Positions 33,320 through 41,926 of a stretch of 64,000 nt of DNA are shown one piece after another. Numbering within the stretch: position 1 is the stretch's first letter; each line of letters opens with the position of its first letter. Under the pieces are notes generated by a model, which saw only the letters and a list, made by a program, of their open reading frames with translations, was not told where the DNA came from and did not search any database. The stretch is from NCBI RefSeq assembly GCF_058153355.1, contig NZ_CM177019.1; one strand, 5' to 3'. The position numbers and the translations under genes are program-made.

Positions 33320-34712
33320 CACCTTTCCGGTGCCATACCGGGTCGATGCCGAACAGGCAGTGCTGGGGTGCCTGATGGTAAACACCGACACTGAGCGTGC
33401 GGGGCTGGTGTATTCGATGCTGAAACCGGAGTCGTTTTACGTTGCGGCGCACAGGGTTATTTTCCGTGAAATTCGCGGACTTTTCCGTGCCGGAAAGCCT
33501 ACGGACCTGCTCAGCCTTGCGAACGTGATCGAGGCGAAAAAACTGGATGCTGAGACTGGTGGCTTTGCGTACCTTGCTGAAATCAGCAGGAGTGCCACGC
33601 TATCGGCGATGGTTCACTACGCCGGGATTGTGCGGGAAAAATCCATCCTGCGGTACGCGGTGGAAAAATTACATGCGTGCATCGGGATCATGAATCAGCC
33701 GACAGACACGAGTGCGACAGAACGACTTGGCGCAGTTCAACAGGTCATTGGCACGGTGGCAGAGTATGCCAGAACAGGAAAAACAGGCGGTCTGCGCCCG
33801 GTAAGTGATGTGGTTAACGACTGGATTGATGATCTTGAGCGTCGCTTTTCCAGCCCGGAGAACGCAGCGGGTCTGACGCTGGGGATTAGCTCTCTGGATC
33901 GGCTTATGGCCCCCAAACATGTGCTACGTGGTTCGCTGGTAGTGATTGGTGCAAGGCCGAAAATGGGTAAAAGCGCCTCGCTGAACAGGATTGTGACGCA
34001 TTTTGCTCTGAATCATCGTCTGCCCACACTGGTATTCACCCTGGAAATGACAGATCGCAGCCTGGTTGAGCGCATGGTTGCGCAGGAGGCGAGGGTAAAT
34101 TCTGAAATTTTTTATGTCGGTGCCAGTGATGACTCGGATATGGCGCGGGCGATGGCGAAAGCCGCAGAACTGGCAGAATCAAACCTGATGATTGACAGCA
34201 CACCAGGGGTAACGTTGTCCCATGTGATCGCTGAATGCCGGAAGGTTAAGCGTCAGCGTGGTGTCGTCGGCCTTGTGGCGATCGATTACCTGACGCTGAT
34301 GAAGGCGGAAGCCGCTGAGCGTCGTGATATTGCTTTCGGGGATATCACAACGGGCTTAAAAAATCTCGCTAAAGAGCTGGACTGCGTGGTTTTACTTCTG
34401 ACGTAACTTAACCGAAAACTCGAGGACAGGGCAGATAAACGCCCCACACCAAGCGACAGTCGCGACACCGGGCAGATTGAACAGGATTGCGATGTGTGGA
34501 TTGGGTTGTACCGGGATGCTGTCTACAACCAGAACGCAGACTCTCAGCTTATGGAGCTGATTCTCCGTCTGAACAGGGAGGGAGCAACAGGAACAGCATA
34601 CGCCCTGATGGATAACGGTTCAGTGACTGATGTCAGCGCAGAGGATGCTGCCAGACGTCTGAGACTTGGTGGTCCGGCACGTAAACCCTACGCACAGACG
34701 GAGGATTTCTGA
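33309..34712 (+). pseudogene. DnaB-like replicative helicase with a single in-frame TAA
   Basis: N-terminal DnaB motif VDAEQAVLGCLM; Walker A GARPKMGKSA. A TAA stop at 34404..34406 sits where DnaB motif ..LSQLNR.. has Gln (VVLLLT*LNRKLEDRADKRPTPSDSRDTGQIEQDCD). The same frame continues to 34712. Confidence 0.8.
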
Positions 34713-34873
34713 TGCAGTCACTTTGTGATGTTCTGGAAAAAACGCTGCTTCAGTTCGGGCGGGGGGAAACGGCGGAGCAGAAAACACGAAACCAGAAGAA
34801 TCTGGTTCATCTGAGAAAAATGATTGATGCAGCCAGGCTGGCTGAAAAGCTGGAAAAACAAAACCGGAGGTAA
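34712..34873 (+). CDS. hypothetical small protein (53 aa)
   Basis: Manual [56 protein letters not shown]; gagga SD; ATG overlaps the helicase stop. Confidence 0.45.
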   Translation: MQSLCDVLEKTLLQFGRGETAEQKTRNQKNLVHLRKMIDAARLAEKLEKQNRR

Positions 34874-34878
34874 TTTTA

Positions 34879-36078
34879 ATGGAAACCGTTTTTGACGCAC
34901 TGAAAGCAATGGGAAAAGCCACATCGGTAGAACTTGCTGCGCGACTTGATATCAGTCGTGAAGAAGTGCTGAACGAACTATGGGAACTGAAAAAGGCTGG
35001 TTTTGTTGATAAAAGCGCGTACACCTGGCGTGTGGCTGATAACAACGTTCAGCAGGAACAGCCAGCGCAGGCAGAACTGCCGGAAGAAACCACCACAGCA
35101 ACAGTAGCGAAAATCTCAGAGTGCGATTTAACCGCGACGATTGAACAACGCGGACCACAAACGGCTGATGAACTGGCTACATTGTTTGGTACCACATCAC
35201 GTAAAGTGGCTTCAACGCTGGCAATGGCAATCAGCAAAGGTCGTCTGATTCGTGTAAACCAGAACGGTAAATTTCGTTACTGCATGCCGGGCGATAATTT
35301 ACCAGCAGAGCCGAAAGCTGCATCGGTAGCGGAAACTGATGGTAAGGCCTTTCCTCAGCCCGCAGGTGTTGCATTACCAGTACAGGAGGCTGCAACACAG
35401 GAAGATATTAAAACAGAAACGGTGGCGGACATTGTGCAGTCGCTGCCATCGTTTACTGAAACGCGAGCTGATGATTTGATTTTGCCATCGCTGCATATGG
35501 CAAACAGCGAACTGCGTCGGGCGAAAAATCATGTCCAGAAGTGGGAGCGAGTCTGCGCCGCGCTGCGGGAGCTGAACAAGCCGGGATATTGTTCGACAGA
35601 TTTTCGATTCCTCCAGTCGTATTGTGTCGGAAAAGTGATTACCGGAGGCGCTTATGGCAAGAGTATTTACACAAGAAGAGCGGGAAAAATTAAGGGGCAG
35701 GTTGTTCAACTCGTGCGCCAGAGCGGTCGCGAGACGTTACGGCAACTGGAAGCGAAAACAGGTGCTACAAGATATCTGTTGAGTGTTCTCGCCAGAGAGC
35801 TGGTTGCCAGTGGCGATGTATACAACTCTGATTACGGGTTATTCTCGTCTGAACGAGCTCGTAAGGACTGGCAAAACGCCCGCAAAAAACTCTCAAGGGC
35901 AAAACTGAAGAAAAAAACATCTGTGGTTGATCCGGACCTTATCTGGTCGTTACCAGACGGCGAAATACGCCGCTACGACAGGCGTATGAACATAATTTGC
36001 CGTGAATGCCGGAAAAGCGAAGCTATGCAGCGCATATTGTCGTTTTATCAGGGGAATTTTCAGGAGGCGGCGCAGTGA
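34879..36078 (+). CDS. multi-wHTH phage protein (DUF1627-like)
   Basis: 399 aa with three winged-helix-like segments ([28 protein letters not shown]; [30 protein letters not shown]; [29 protein letters not shown]). Confidence 0.55.
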   Translation: METVFDALKAMGKATSVELAARLDISREEVLNELWELKKAGFVDKSAYTWRVADNNVQQEQPAQAELPEETTTATVAKISECDLTATIEQRGPQTADELATLFGTTSRKVASTLAMAISKGRLIRVNQNGKFRYCMPGDNLPAEPKAASVAETDGKAFPQPAGVALPVQEAATQEDIKTETVADIVQSLPSFTETRADDLILPSLHMANSELRRAKNHVQKWERVCAALRELNKPGYCSTDFRFLQSYCVGKVITGGAYGKSIYTRRAGKIKGQVVQLVRQSGRETLRQLEAKTGATRYLLSVLARELVASGDVYNSDYGLFSSERARKDWQNARKKLSRAKLKKKTSVVDPDLIWSLPDGEIRRYDRRMNIICRECRKSEAMQRILSFYQGNFQEAAQ

Positions 36079-36276
36079 GCAGGATTGACTACCAGGAATT
36101 GGCTGCTGCTAATGCTTTCCTGGCGGATGTGCGGGCGGGGGGCGTTTAACGACCTTTGCGCGGCGTTTGTCAGGCACGCAAAAATTGCAGGACTGGGTGA
36201 TGGCGACACTGTGACGCTTAAGGAAGCGACTGATGCGCTGCTGCATTGTGCGGAACAGCTTCGTACATCTGAATAA
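36075..36276 (+). pseudogene. small gene frameshifted at a G6 run
   Basis: A GTGA-coupled start at 36075 gives [24 protein letters not shown], with the stop at 36147. The +1 frame continues plausibly as AFNDLCAAFVRHAKIAGLGDGDTVTLKEATDALLHCAEQLRTSE. The switch point is gggggg at 36137..36142. Confidence 0.5.
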
Positions 36277-36373
36277 TTAAATTTAGCACTGTAAATAAAA
36301 TTTAATCCTTAACCGGAGGGATTTCTGCACCCTCAGAACATCAGGAGGCCGCCCGAAATGGCGGTAATGAAAA

Positions 36374-36640
36374 ATGACTGAATTAACAAAAGAGCAATTA
36401 ATCGAAGAAGCTAAATTAAAAATAGCGATTGCGAAATGCCATCCCAATTCAGGCGTGGCACGAGTAGAGGGTGAGTTATTCAAAATTGCACTGGCATCGC
36501 TGGAAGCTGAGCCGGTGGCGTGGAAGGCAATCTTCACGCAAATTGACCATGAATATAATACGTTCACCGCTCTGTATTCTGACAAAGCAGAAGCAGAACG
36601 GTGGGTGCGACTGCATAAAGTAGGTGATTTTCGGGCATAA
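36374..36640 (+). CDS. hypothetical protein (possibly the N-terminal part of a split gene)
   Basis: 88-aa ORF. The frame of the next ORF is open from 36628, overlapping this ORF's 3' end at a T4 run. Confidence 0.5.
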   Translation: MTELTKEQLIEEAKLKIAIAKCHPNSGVARVEGELFKIALASLEAEPVAWKAIFTQIDHEYNTFTALYSDKAEAERWVRLHKVGDFRA

Positions 36641-36672
36641 CACCACTTTATGCAGCATCGCCAGCGCTGGTA

Positions 36673-36909
36673 GTGCCTGATAAGTTGCCGCGTGAATACA
36701 TAAGAGGTTGGCCTCTTGCGTATAGTGATTATGCTGAAGGATGGAACGATTGTCGTGCAGCCATGCTTCAGGGATGGCAGCCATGCCATCAAATTACCGC
36801 CTCAATGGCAAAAGCCATTGCGCTTAAACTTGGTGCTGAACTGAATAACGAAGAAGCAGAGATTTTCGCGGATGGGTATAACGCCGCCATGCTTCATGCC
36901 GGAAACTGA
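36673..36909 (+). CDS. hypothetical protein (possibly the C-terminal part of a split gene)
   Basis: 78 aa by GTG start. Upstream in-frame codons read FSGITPLYAASPALV before the annotated start. Confidence 0.45.
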   Translation: MPDKLPREYIRGWPLAYSDYAEGWNDCRAAMLQGWQPCHQITASMAKAIALKLGAELNNEEAEIFADGYNAAMLHAGN

Positions 36910-36930
36910 ACCGTAGCAGGAGGTGAATCG

Positions 36931-37044
36931 ATGAGCTGGCCTGAAGCATTCACAACGGTAGGAATTGCAATGGCGGTGGCGCTGGTTGTGTATTCGATTT
37001 GCCGCTGGGGGGGTAAGGTAAACCAGCCCCGAACGGGCTGGTAA
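36931..37044 (+). CDS. small membrane protein (37 aa)
   Basis: Manual ORF MSWPEAFTTVGIAMAVALVVYSICRWGGKVNQPRTGW with a strong aggagg SD at 36919..36924. Confidence 0.5.
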   Translation: MSWPEAFTTVGIAMAVALVVYSICRWGGKVNQPRTGW

Positions 37045-37045
37045 T

Positions 37046-37333
37046 TTAAAGAGGTAATTTGATGATGGCTGTCAGTGCGCCAACAGCAACGACGAGCATG
37101 CCACCAAATCTGACGGTCAGTTGCAGGCTGAGTTTGTCTATTTTTGCATCAAGGGCTGCAATGTCGTTTTTTAGTTCAGTTCTGACATCATTCAGGTCGC
37201 GCTTTGTGGCGACTTCTGCGGCTTCGTGAGAATCTTTCACTGCGGCAGATATAGCGCGCGCCTGAGCTGCCGGCATTCCTGCGGCTTCCAGGGTTTCGAC
37301 GAACTTCAGTGTATCAAAATAGACCTGAGCCAT
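37046..37333 (-). CDS. DUF1640-like coiled-coil, C-terminally membrane-anchored protein
   Basis: 95 aa; C-terminal hydrophobic segment GGMLVVAVGALTAIIKL. Confidence 0.55.
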   Translation of the reverse strand: MAQVYFDTLKFVETLEAAGMPAAQARAISAAVKDSHEAAEVATKRDLNDVRTELKNDIAALDAKIDKLSLQLTVRFGGMLVVAVGALTAIIKLPL

Positions 37334-37384
37334 GTTAAATCCTTCGTTGTTGGGGAATATTGTTAGTTTAGCCTGTAGTGGCTG

Positions 37385-37414
37385 TTGACGACAACGTTAA
37401 TCCGGGGCTATATT
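37385..37414 (+). promoter_or_regulatory. sigma70-type promoter of antirepressor module A
   Basis: TTGACG - 17/18 nt - cTATATT. Confidence 0.5.
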
Positions 37415-37419
37415 CCTCA

Positions 37420-37497
37420 CGCGCCAGCAAAATCTGGCGTCGGGATTAGCACCCCGGATGTTTACGGAGCGATATGAGACGCGCCCGCGTCTTTTTT
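37420..37497 (+). ncRNA. short leader RNA carrying c4-target-like sites (module A)
   Basis: Hairpin cgccag-caaaat-ctggcg, sites ttagcac (37446..37452) and tacgga (37463..37468), terminator agacgcg-cc-cgcgtct plus a U-run. Collinear with the module B leader. Confidence 0.45.
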
Positions 37498-37530
37498 CAT
37501 ATCGTTTGCATAGTCACATTCGCGATTTAT

Positions 37531-37606
37531 GGCGGGCTGTGTGGGGGAGCCGAAAGGCTCGCCGGTTTCCGTACCCGGTAGTGCTAACCCCGCACAGTTC
37601 GCCACC
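37531..37606 (+). ncRNA. c4-like antisense RNA, copy A
   Basis: 76 nt. A 16-bp closing stem pairs 37531..37546 with 37588..37603. Inside are a gagcc-GAAA-ggctc hairpin, a ccgg-stem hairpin with loop tttccgtac, and a single-stranded agtgctaa. Confidence 0.6.
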
Positions 37607-37628
37607 CGATGATTGGAACATGAATGTA

Positions 37629-37657
37629 TTGACAGTTTCATGTTAGCAGATTACATT
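37629..37657 (+). promoter_or_regulatory. second promoter inside module A
   Basis: TTGACA - 17 nt - TACATT, followed about 60 nt later by a weak hairpin plus a T9 run (37694..37724). Confidence 0.45.
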
Positions 37658-37867
37658 CCTCGACGGTGCTCAAAACACCTTTCAGTAGCGGTTACCGCGC
37701 CCGACAGACATGCGGTTTTTTTTTGTGTCCAGAATTCTTGGTTTATGACTGGGCGTGCGGCTAATACAATACCAGCAATGGGAATACGCCCGCCGACTAC
37801 TGACGGTTTTGAGCGCCCGGTCACCCTCTCAAAAGGGGTAAATCAAAATATTCAGTAGGACATATTC

Positions 37868-38413
37868 ATGAACAGCGTATCTGTTGAAAACCTCCCATCA
37901 CTTACACATCAACATCTTCCTGTTATAACAACAGAACTTCTGGCTGAGCTGTACGGAACAGAGCGCCAGCGTTTGACAAACAATTTCAATAGAAACAAAG
38001 AGCGGTTTATAGAGGGAAAACACTTTTTCCTGATCGAAGGCGATGAATTACGGGAACTGAAGAACAGAAACTCTTTAAGAGTTTCTGTGAAAATCGCCCG
38101 CAATGTTCGCTCACTCATCCTCTGGACAGAACGAGGTGCAGCCCGTCACGCCAAAATGCTCGAAACCGATCAGGCGTGGGAAGTATTCGAAAAACTGGAA
38201 GACAGCTACTTCAACCAGTACGAGAAAGAGCGGGCTACGGGGAAAATGAACATCGATATTCACCTGGCGATCCGTGATGATAAAACTGCCTTCATCCGAA
38301 GTTATGCGCCTGGTCAGCTGGTGACGGTTGAAGAAGCCCTGATGTTGCTTAAATCGCGCGGATGGCTGGTAATGCCGCGAGATGAACTTGCCGGAAAATT
38401 AATGGAGCTTTAA
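37868..38413 (+). CDS. ORF6N/KilA-N-type antirepressor-like protein
   Basis: 181 aa. N-terminal pattern LPVITTELLAELYGTERQRLTNNFNRNKERFIEGKHFFLIEGDELRELK typical of ORF6N domains. Confidence 0.65.
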   Translation: MNSVSVENLPSLTHQHLPVITTELLAELYGTERQRLTNNFNRNKERFIEGKHFFLIEGDELRELKNRNSLRVSVKIARNVRSLILWTERGAARHAKMLETDQAWEVFEKLEDSYFNQYEKERATGKMNIDIHLAIRDDKTAFIRSYAPGQLVTVEEALMLLKSRGWLVMPRDELAGKLMEL

Positions 38414-38436
38414 CTGGTTAAACTTTAACTGGTTAA
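38410..38436 (+). repeat. tandem repeat containing the 12-mer ttaactggttaa twice
   Basis: ttaactggttaa at 38410..38421 and 38425..38436. The same 12-mer occurs on the minus strand at 29549..29560. Confidence 0.6.
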
Positions 38437-38442
38437 ATTAGC

Positions 38443-38468
38443 CCCGATATGGGAATTCCCATATCGGG
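38443..38468. other. perfect 26-bp palindrome
   Basis: cccgatatgggaa|ttcccatatcggg. Confidence 0.6.
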
Positions 38469-38698
38469 AGAACATTACCACCGAGGATAAAATGATTTGC
38501 GGTGAAAGGGAAGTCAAGTAGAATTGCTGCGGGTGCTTGAGGCTATCTGTCTCAGGCATGAACACCAAAAGGCAGATAGAGAAGCCCCAGTTAACATTAC
38601 GCGTCCTGCAAGACGCTTAACATTAATCTGAGGCCCAATCTATGTCTCACAAATGTAGGTTAGCCTCTTACGTGCCGGAAGGCAAGGAGAAGCAGGCT

Positions 38699-38854
38699 AT
38701 GAAGCAGCAAAAGGCGATGTTAGTCGCCCTGATCGTCATCTGTTTAACCGTCATAGTGACGGCACTGGTAACGAGGAAAGACCTCTGTGAGGTACGAATC
38801 CGAACCGGCCAGACGGAGGTCGCTGTCTTCGTAGACTACGAATCCAGGAAGTAA
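38699..38854 (+). CDS. hok: Hok/Gef-family type I toxin (HokD/RelF-like)
   Basis: 51 aa, MKQQKAMLVALIVICLTVIVTALVTRKDLCEVRIRTGQTEVAVFVDYESRK. Nearly identical over its first 44 residues (two substitutions) to remembered HokD; the last 7 residues diverge. aaggaga SD at 38684..38690. Confidence 0.85.
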   Translation: MKQQKAMLVALIVICLTVIVTALVTRKDLCEVRIRTGQTEVAVFVDYESRK

Positions 38855-39076
38855 GAGTGACCAGGCGGGAGAGTAATCTCCCGCCACCTCTGATGTGTCA
38901 GGCATCCTCAACGCACCCGCACTTAACCCGCTTCGGCGGGTTTTTTGTTGCGATTTTCAACGCGTTTGAACTTTCAGAATGCGCAGGAATAGAATCAAAA
39001 ACACTTAAGTAGCGCGCAGGGAGAAGAGGGATGGACCCCTTAAGGGGAAGTGTTAAAAGTTCACGGGCTTTTTGTT

Positions 39077-39244
39077 ATGAACGTTAAAGAATTGATTGTT
39101 GTGCTTTCTTTACCAGGTCACTACGAAGTGATAACGCTCGAAAATGGGGAGTTTATCGTAACGCCATTACCTCCTGATGCAATTCTAATCAGCAAAGAAT
39201 CGCACGCAGATTCTGTAAGCCACTTCTGTATTAAAGAAGACTAA
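39077..39244 (+). CDS. hypothetical small protein
   Basis: ORF MNVKELIVVLSLPGHYEVITLENGEFIVTPLPP...; no good SD, start uncertain. Confidence 0.3.
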   Translation: MNVKELIVVLSLPGHYEVITLENGEFIVTPLPPDAILISKESHADSVSHFCIKED

Positions 39245-39304
39245 ATTATACTGGCAACGCCAGTCTGAACACCTGGTACCTGTCGCACCATTACGAGGGT
39301 AGTA

Positions 39305-39904
39305 GTGGTGCATTTACAGTTAGTCAAACAAACTTCTTCTGGTTTACTTCTCCCGGCGACGCCGGAGAGTTGCGATTTTCTGCATCAAATCAAAACAGGT
39401 GAGTGGATACACGCAGACTTTAAGCGTGTGCGTAACTACGCATTTCACAAGCGTTTTTTCAAACTCCTGCAACTGGGGTTCGATTACTGGACTCCGGTCG
39501 GAGGGGCGATCACGCCTAGCGAACAAAAACTGGTTTCAGGATTCGTTGATTACCTGTGCGAATCAGTTGGTCGGGAACACACACCAGCCCTGAGTGATGC
39601 CGCAGAGCAATATCTGAATACGGTTGCGACACGCAGAACCCGGGATACGGCATTGCTAAAGTCGTTTGAGGCTTTTCGCGAGTGGGTAACCATTCAGGCC
39701 GGATTTTACACCGAACATTTTTATCCGGACGGTAGCCGTGGGTGTCGGGCGAAATCTATCGCGTTTGCGAATATGGACGAAACCGAGTTTCAGCAGGTTT
39801 ATAAATCTGTACTGAATGTGCTGTGGAACTGGATTCTGTTCCGTAAATTTTCCTCTCCGGAACAAGTCGAAAATGTGGCCGCGCAGCTGCTGGAGTTTGC
39901 GTAA
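39305..39904 (+). CDS. DUF1367-family phage protein
   Basis: 199 aa, GTG start; typical Nin-region position upstream of Q. Confidence 0.55.
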   Translation: MVHLQLVKQTSSGLLLPATPESCDFLHQIKTGEWIHADFKRVRNYAFHKRFFKLLQLGFDYWTPVGGAITPSEQKLVSGFVDYLCESVGREHTPALSDAAEQYLNTVATRRTRDTALLKSFEAFREWVTIQAGFYTEHFYPDGSRGCRAKSIAFANMDETEFQQVYKSVLNVLWNWILFRKFSSPEQVENVAAQLLEFA

Positions 39905-40194
39905 TGGTGGATTTACGTAAAGCGGCGCGGGGGCAGATGTGCACCGTCAGAATTCCTGGCTACTGCAATCACGATCCGGAAACGTCTGTGCTGGCGCATT
40001 ACCGACTGGCGGGAACGTGCGGAACAGCGATAAAGCCACACGATATGCAGGCAGCGATTGCCTGTAGCTCGTGCCACGATTTAATCGACGGGCGGGTAAA
40101 AACCAGCGATTACACCAAAGAAGAATTACGCCTGATGCATGCAGAAGGTGTTTTTCGCACACAAGAAATCTGGAGAAAGGAGGGATATTTATGA
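39904..40194 (+). CDS. DUF1364-family Cys-rich protein
   Basis: 96 aa, C..C...C..CH pattern (CTVRIPGYC ... CSSCHDLIDG), ATG overlaps the preceding stop. Confidence 0.55.
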   Translation: MVDLRKAARGQMCTVRIPGYCNHDPETSVLAHYRLAGTCGTAIKPHDMQAAIACSSCHDLIDGRVKTSDYTKEELRLMHAEGVFRTQEIWRKEGYL

Positions 40195-40745
40195 TTTACC
40201 CAACGAATACAGGAAAAAGCGGAGAACACCTTCGTCTCACCACGCTGGAAAGTGTCTGGATTCAGGGAAAACTACGTATGTGGGGGCGCTGGTCGTATAT
40301 TGGTGGCGGTAAGACGGGGAATATGTTTAACCTGATGTTGACCTCTAAAAAGCTGACAAAAACGGCAATTAACGAGGCGCTCCGGAGGATGAAAAAAGCA
40401 GGTCTGAACAAGTCTGAACTTGAGGCTTTTTTGCGGGATATGATTAACGGTAAGCAAAAGAGCTGGCTGGCGCATTGTACTGATGCAGAGGCGTTATGTA
40501 TTGATCGGGTCATAAGTGAGGTGCTGGCAGAGCATCCAGGATTGATTAGCGTCCTTCGGCAACGGTATGAGGGGCGGGGGATGACCAAACGCAAAATGGC
40601 TGAACTGCTGAATGATGCACACCCGAAATGGAGTTTAAGAACCTGTGAAAGACGCATTGAGCATTGGCTAAAGGTGGCAGAATTTATTTTGTACAAACCA
40701 ATGGTTATGGCTTTTGGTATAGAGAAAAAAGTTATTGCTTTTTGA
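40191..40745 (+). CDS. late-gene antiterminator Q-like protein
   Basis: 184 aa from MIYPTNTGKSG (ATGA overlap with the previous gene). Positioned directly upstream of a terminated short leader, the tRNAs and the lysis genes. Confidence 0.6.
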   Translation: MIYPTNTGKSGEHLRLTTLESVWIQGKLRMWGRWSYIGGGKTGNMFNLMLTSKKLTKTAINEALRRMKKAGLNKSELEAFLRDMINGKQKSWLAHCTDAEALCIDRVISEVLAEHPGLISVLRQRYEGRGMTKRKMAELLNDAHPKWSLRTCERRIEHWLKVAEFILYKPMVMAFGIEKKVIAF

Positions 40746-40823
40746 CGTAAAAACTGCTTCAATTCTTGTACGCTTCGCAAAGCTGTACCGCGAGGCGAAT
40801 AGCAGACATGGACATTTGAAAGA

Positions 40824-40847
40824 GCCCGCTTTATGCGGGTTTTTTTA
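40824..40847 (+). terminator. tR'-like terminator downstream of Q
   Basis: cccgc-tttat-gcggg followed by ttttttt. Confidence 0.7.
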
Positions 40848-40934
40848 TACCTGAAAAACGGCACAGGACGTTAAACGTGCTGGTGGTCAGATGAGTTTGC
40901 AGATGTGATGACATATGGTTATTATTCTGCCTCC

Positions 40935-41011
40935 GGCCCTTTAGCTCAGTTGGTCAGAGCGAGCGACTCATAATCGCCAGGTCGCTGGTTCAAGTCCAGC
41001 AAGGGCCACCA
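40935..41011 (+). tRNA. tRNA, anticodon CAU (Ile2/ileX-like; Met not excluded)
   Basis: Cloverleaf ggcccttt agctcagttggtcagagc ... ctCATaa ... ggttcaagtcc ... gggccacca; close to remembered ileX. Confidence 0.85.
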
Positions 41012-41012
41012 A

Positions 41013-41089
41013 CCACCACTAGCTCATCCGGATAGAGCATCAACCTTCTAAGTTGACGGTGCGAGGTTCGAGTCCTCGGTGGTGGGCCA
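41013..41089 (+). tRNA. tRNA-Arg (UCU)
   Basis: Acceptor ccaccac/gtggtgg, anticodon loop ctTCTaa, T-arm cgaggttcgagtcctcg, encoded CCA. Confidence 0.8.
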
Positions 41090-41091
41090 GC

Positions 41092-41167
<76 letters not shown>

Positions 41168-41170
41168 TAT

Positions 41171-41245
<75 letters not shown>

Positions 41246-41858
41246 GCGAGATTTGAGACGAAGGTTGTTATTTGCACTGACACAATATTGTGTGGGAATG
41301 TCTGACTCCTTACCATCTCCTGTTCTGTGATGTTGTTTTGTTGCAGTTCCAGTGCTCTTTTTTCAGCACCAGAATGGTGCATTGTCGGTCAGGTTACGTA
41401 GTGAATCTCTGGCAGGGGACTGATAATGCATCATTCTGGTGTTGTAAATATCTCTTCGGACAACTTACAAAATATTCTAAGCAAACCCCGGGAACACACT
41501 CTTAACTGCCTTGGCTGGCGGTTTTTTGTACAGTGCTCGGTATGTGTGAGCTGGAAATCAGATTTTGCATGGACTGGAATCATGCTGTTATTTAGGGGCG
41601 AAGAACTGGCTTTTTCTTCCGCCTTCTCACCAGTAACGATTAGAAAAATAATGAAATGCCCACCTCCGGGGAGGAGGACCGTAGAAAAAAGGACCCGCCA
41701 GCAAAAACATTGGGGATGAACAGCTTTCGCTACTCAGATTGCTGGCGGGTAAAGTTCCTCATGAATTAAGAATGCTACGCGATCTTTTTTAATGGAAATG
41801 AAAATTATTGTCAATTAGTCGTGCGTGTTTTTTCATACAATATTGGTAAAGGTGATTC

Positions 41859-41891
41859 AGGCCATCAGAGTTTTGCTGATGGCCTTTTTTC
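41859..41891 (+). terminator. strong hairpin + T-run immediately upstream of the holin gene
   Basis: aggccatcag-agtttt-gctgatggcct followed by tttttt. Confidence 0.7.
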
Positions 41892-41926
41892 TTTCCGATA
41901 GCACAGGTCTGTCGGGGGGGCGGGAT

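Noticed and set aside
36283-36792. 169-aa minus-strand ORF
   Set aside because: It is antisense to two or three better-supported plus-strand phage ORFs and has Cys/Ser/Arg-rich composition.
37340-37420. Possible LexA box upstream of antirepressor module A (cctgtagtggctgttgac)
   Set aside because: It has CTGT but no correctly spaced ACAG half-site. No CTGT-N8-ACAG site was found upstream of either antirepressor cassette.
37745-37858. 37-aa ORF (MTGRAANTIPAMGIRPPTTDGFERPVTLSKGVNQNIQ) as an icd-like coupled leader peptide before the ORF6N gene
   Set aside because: It ends 9 nt before the antirepressor ATG, which is suggestive. However, it has no SD and there is no evidence beyond being open, so it is not called.
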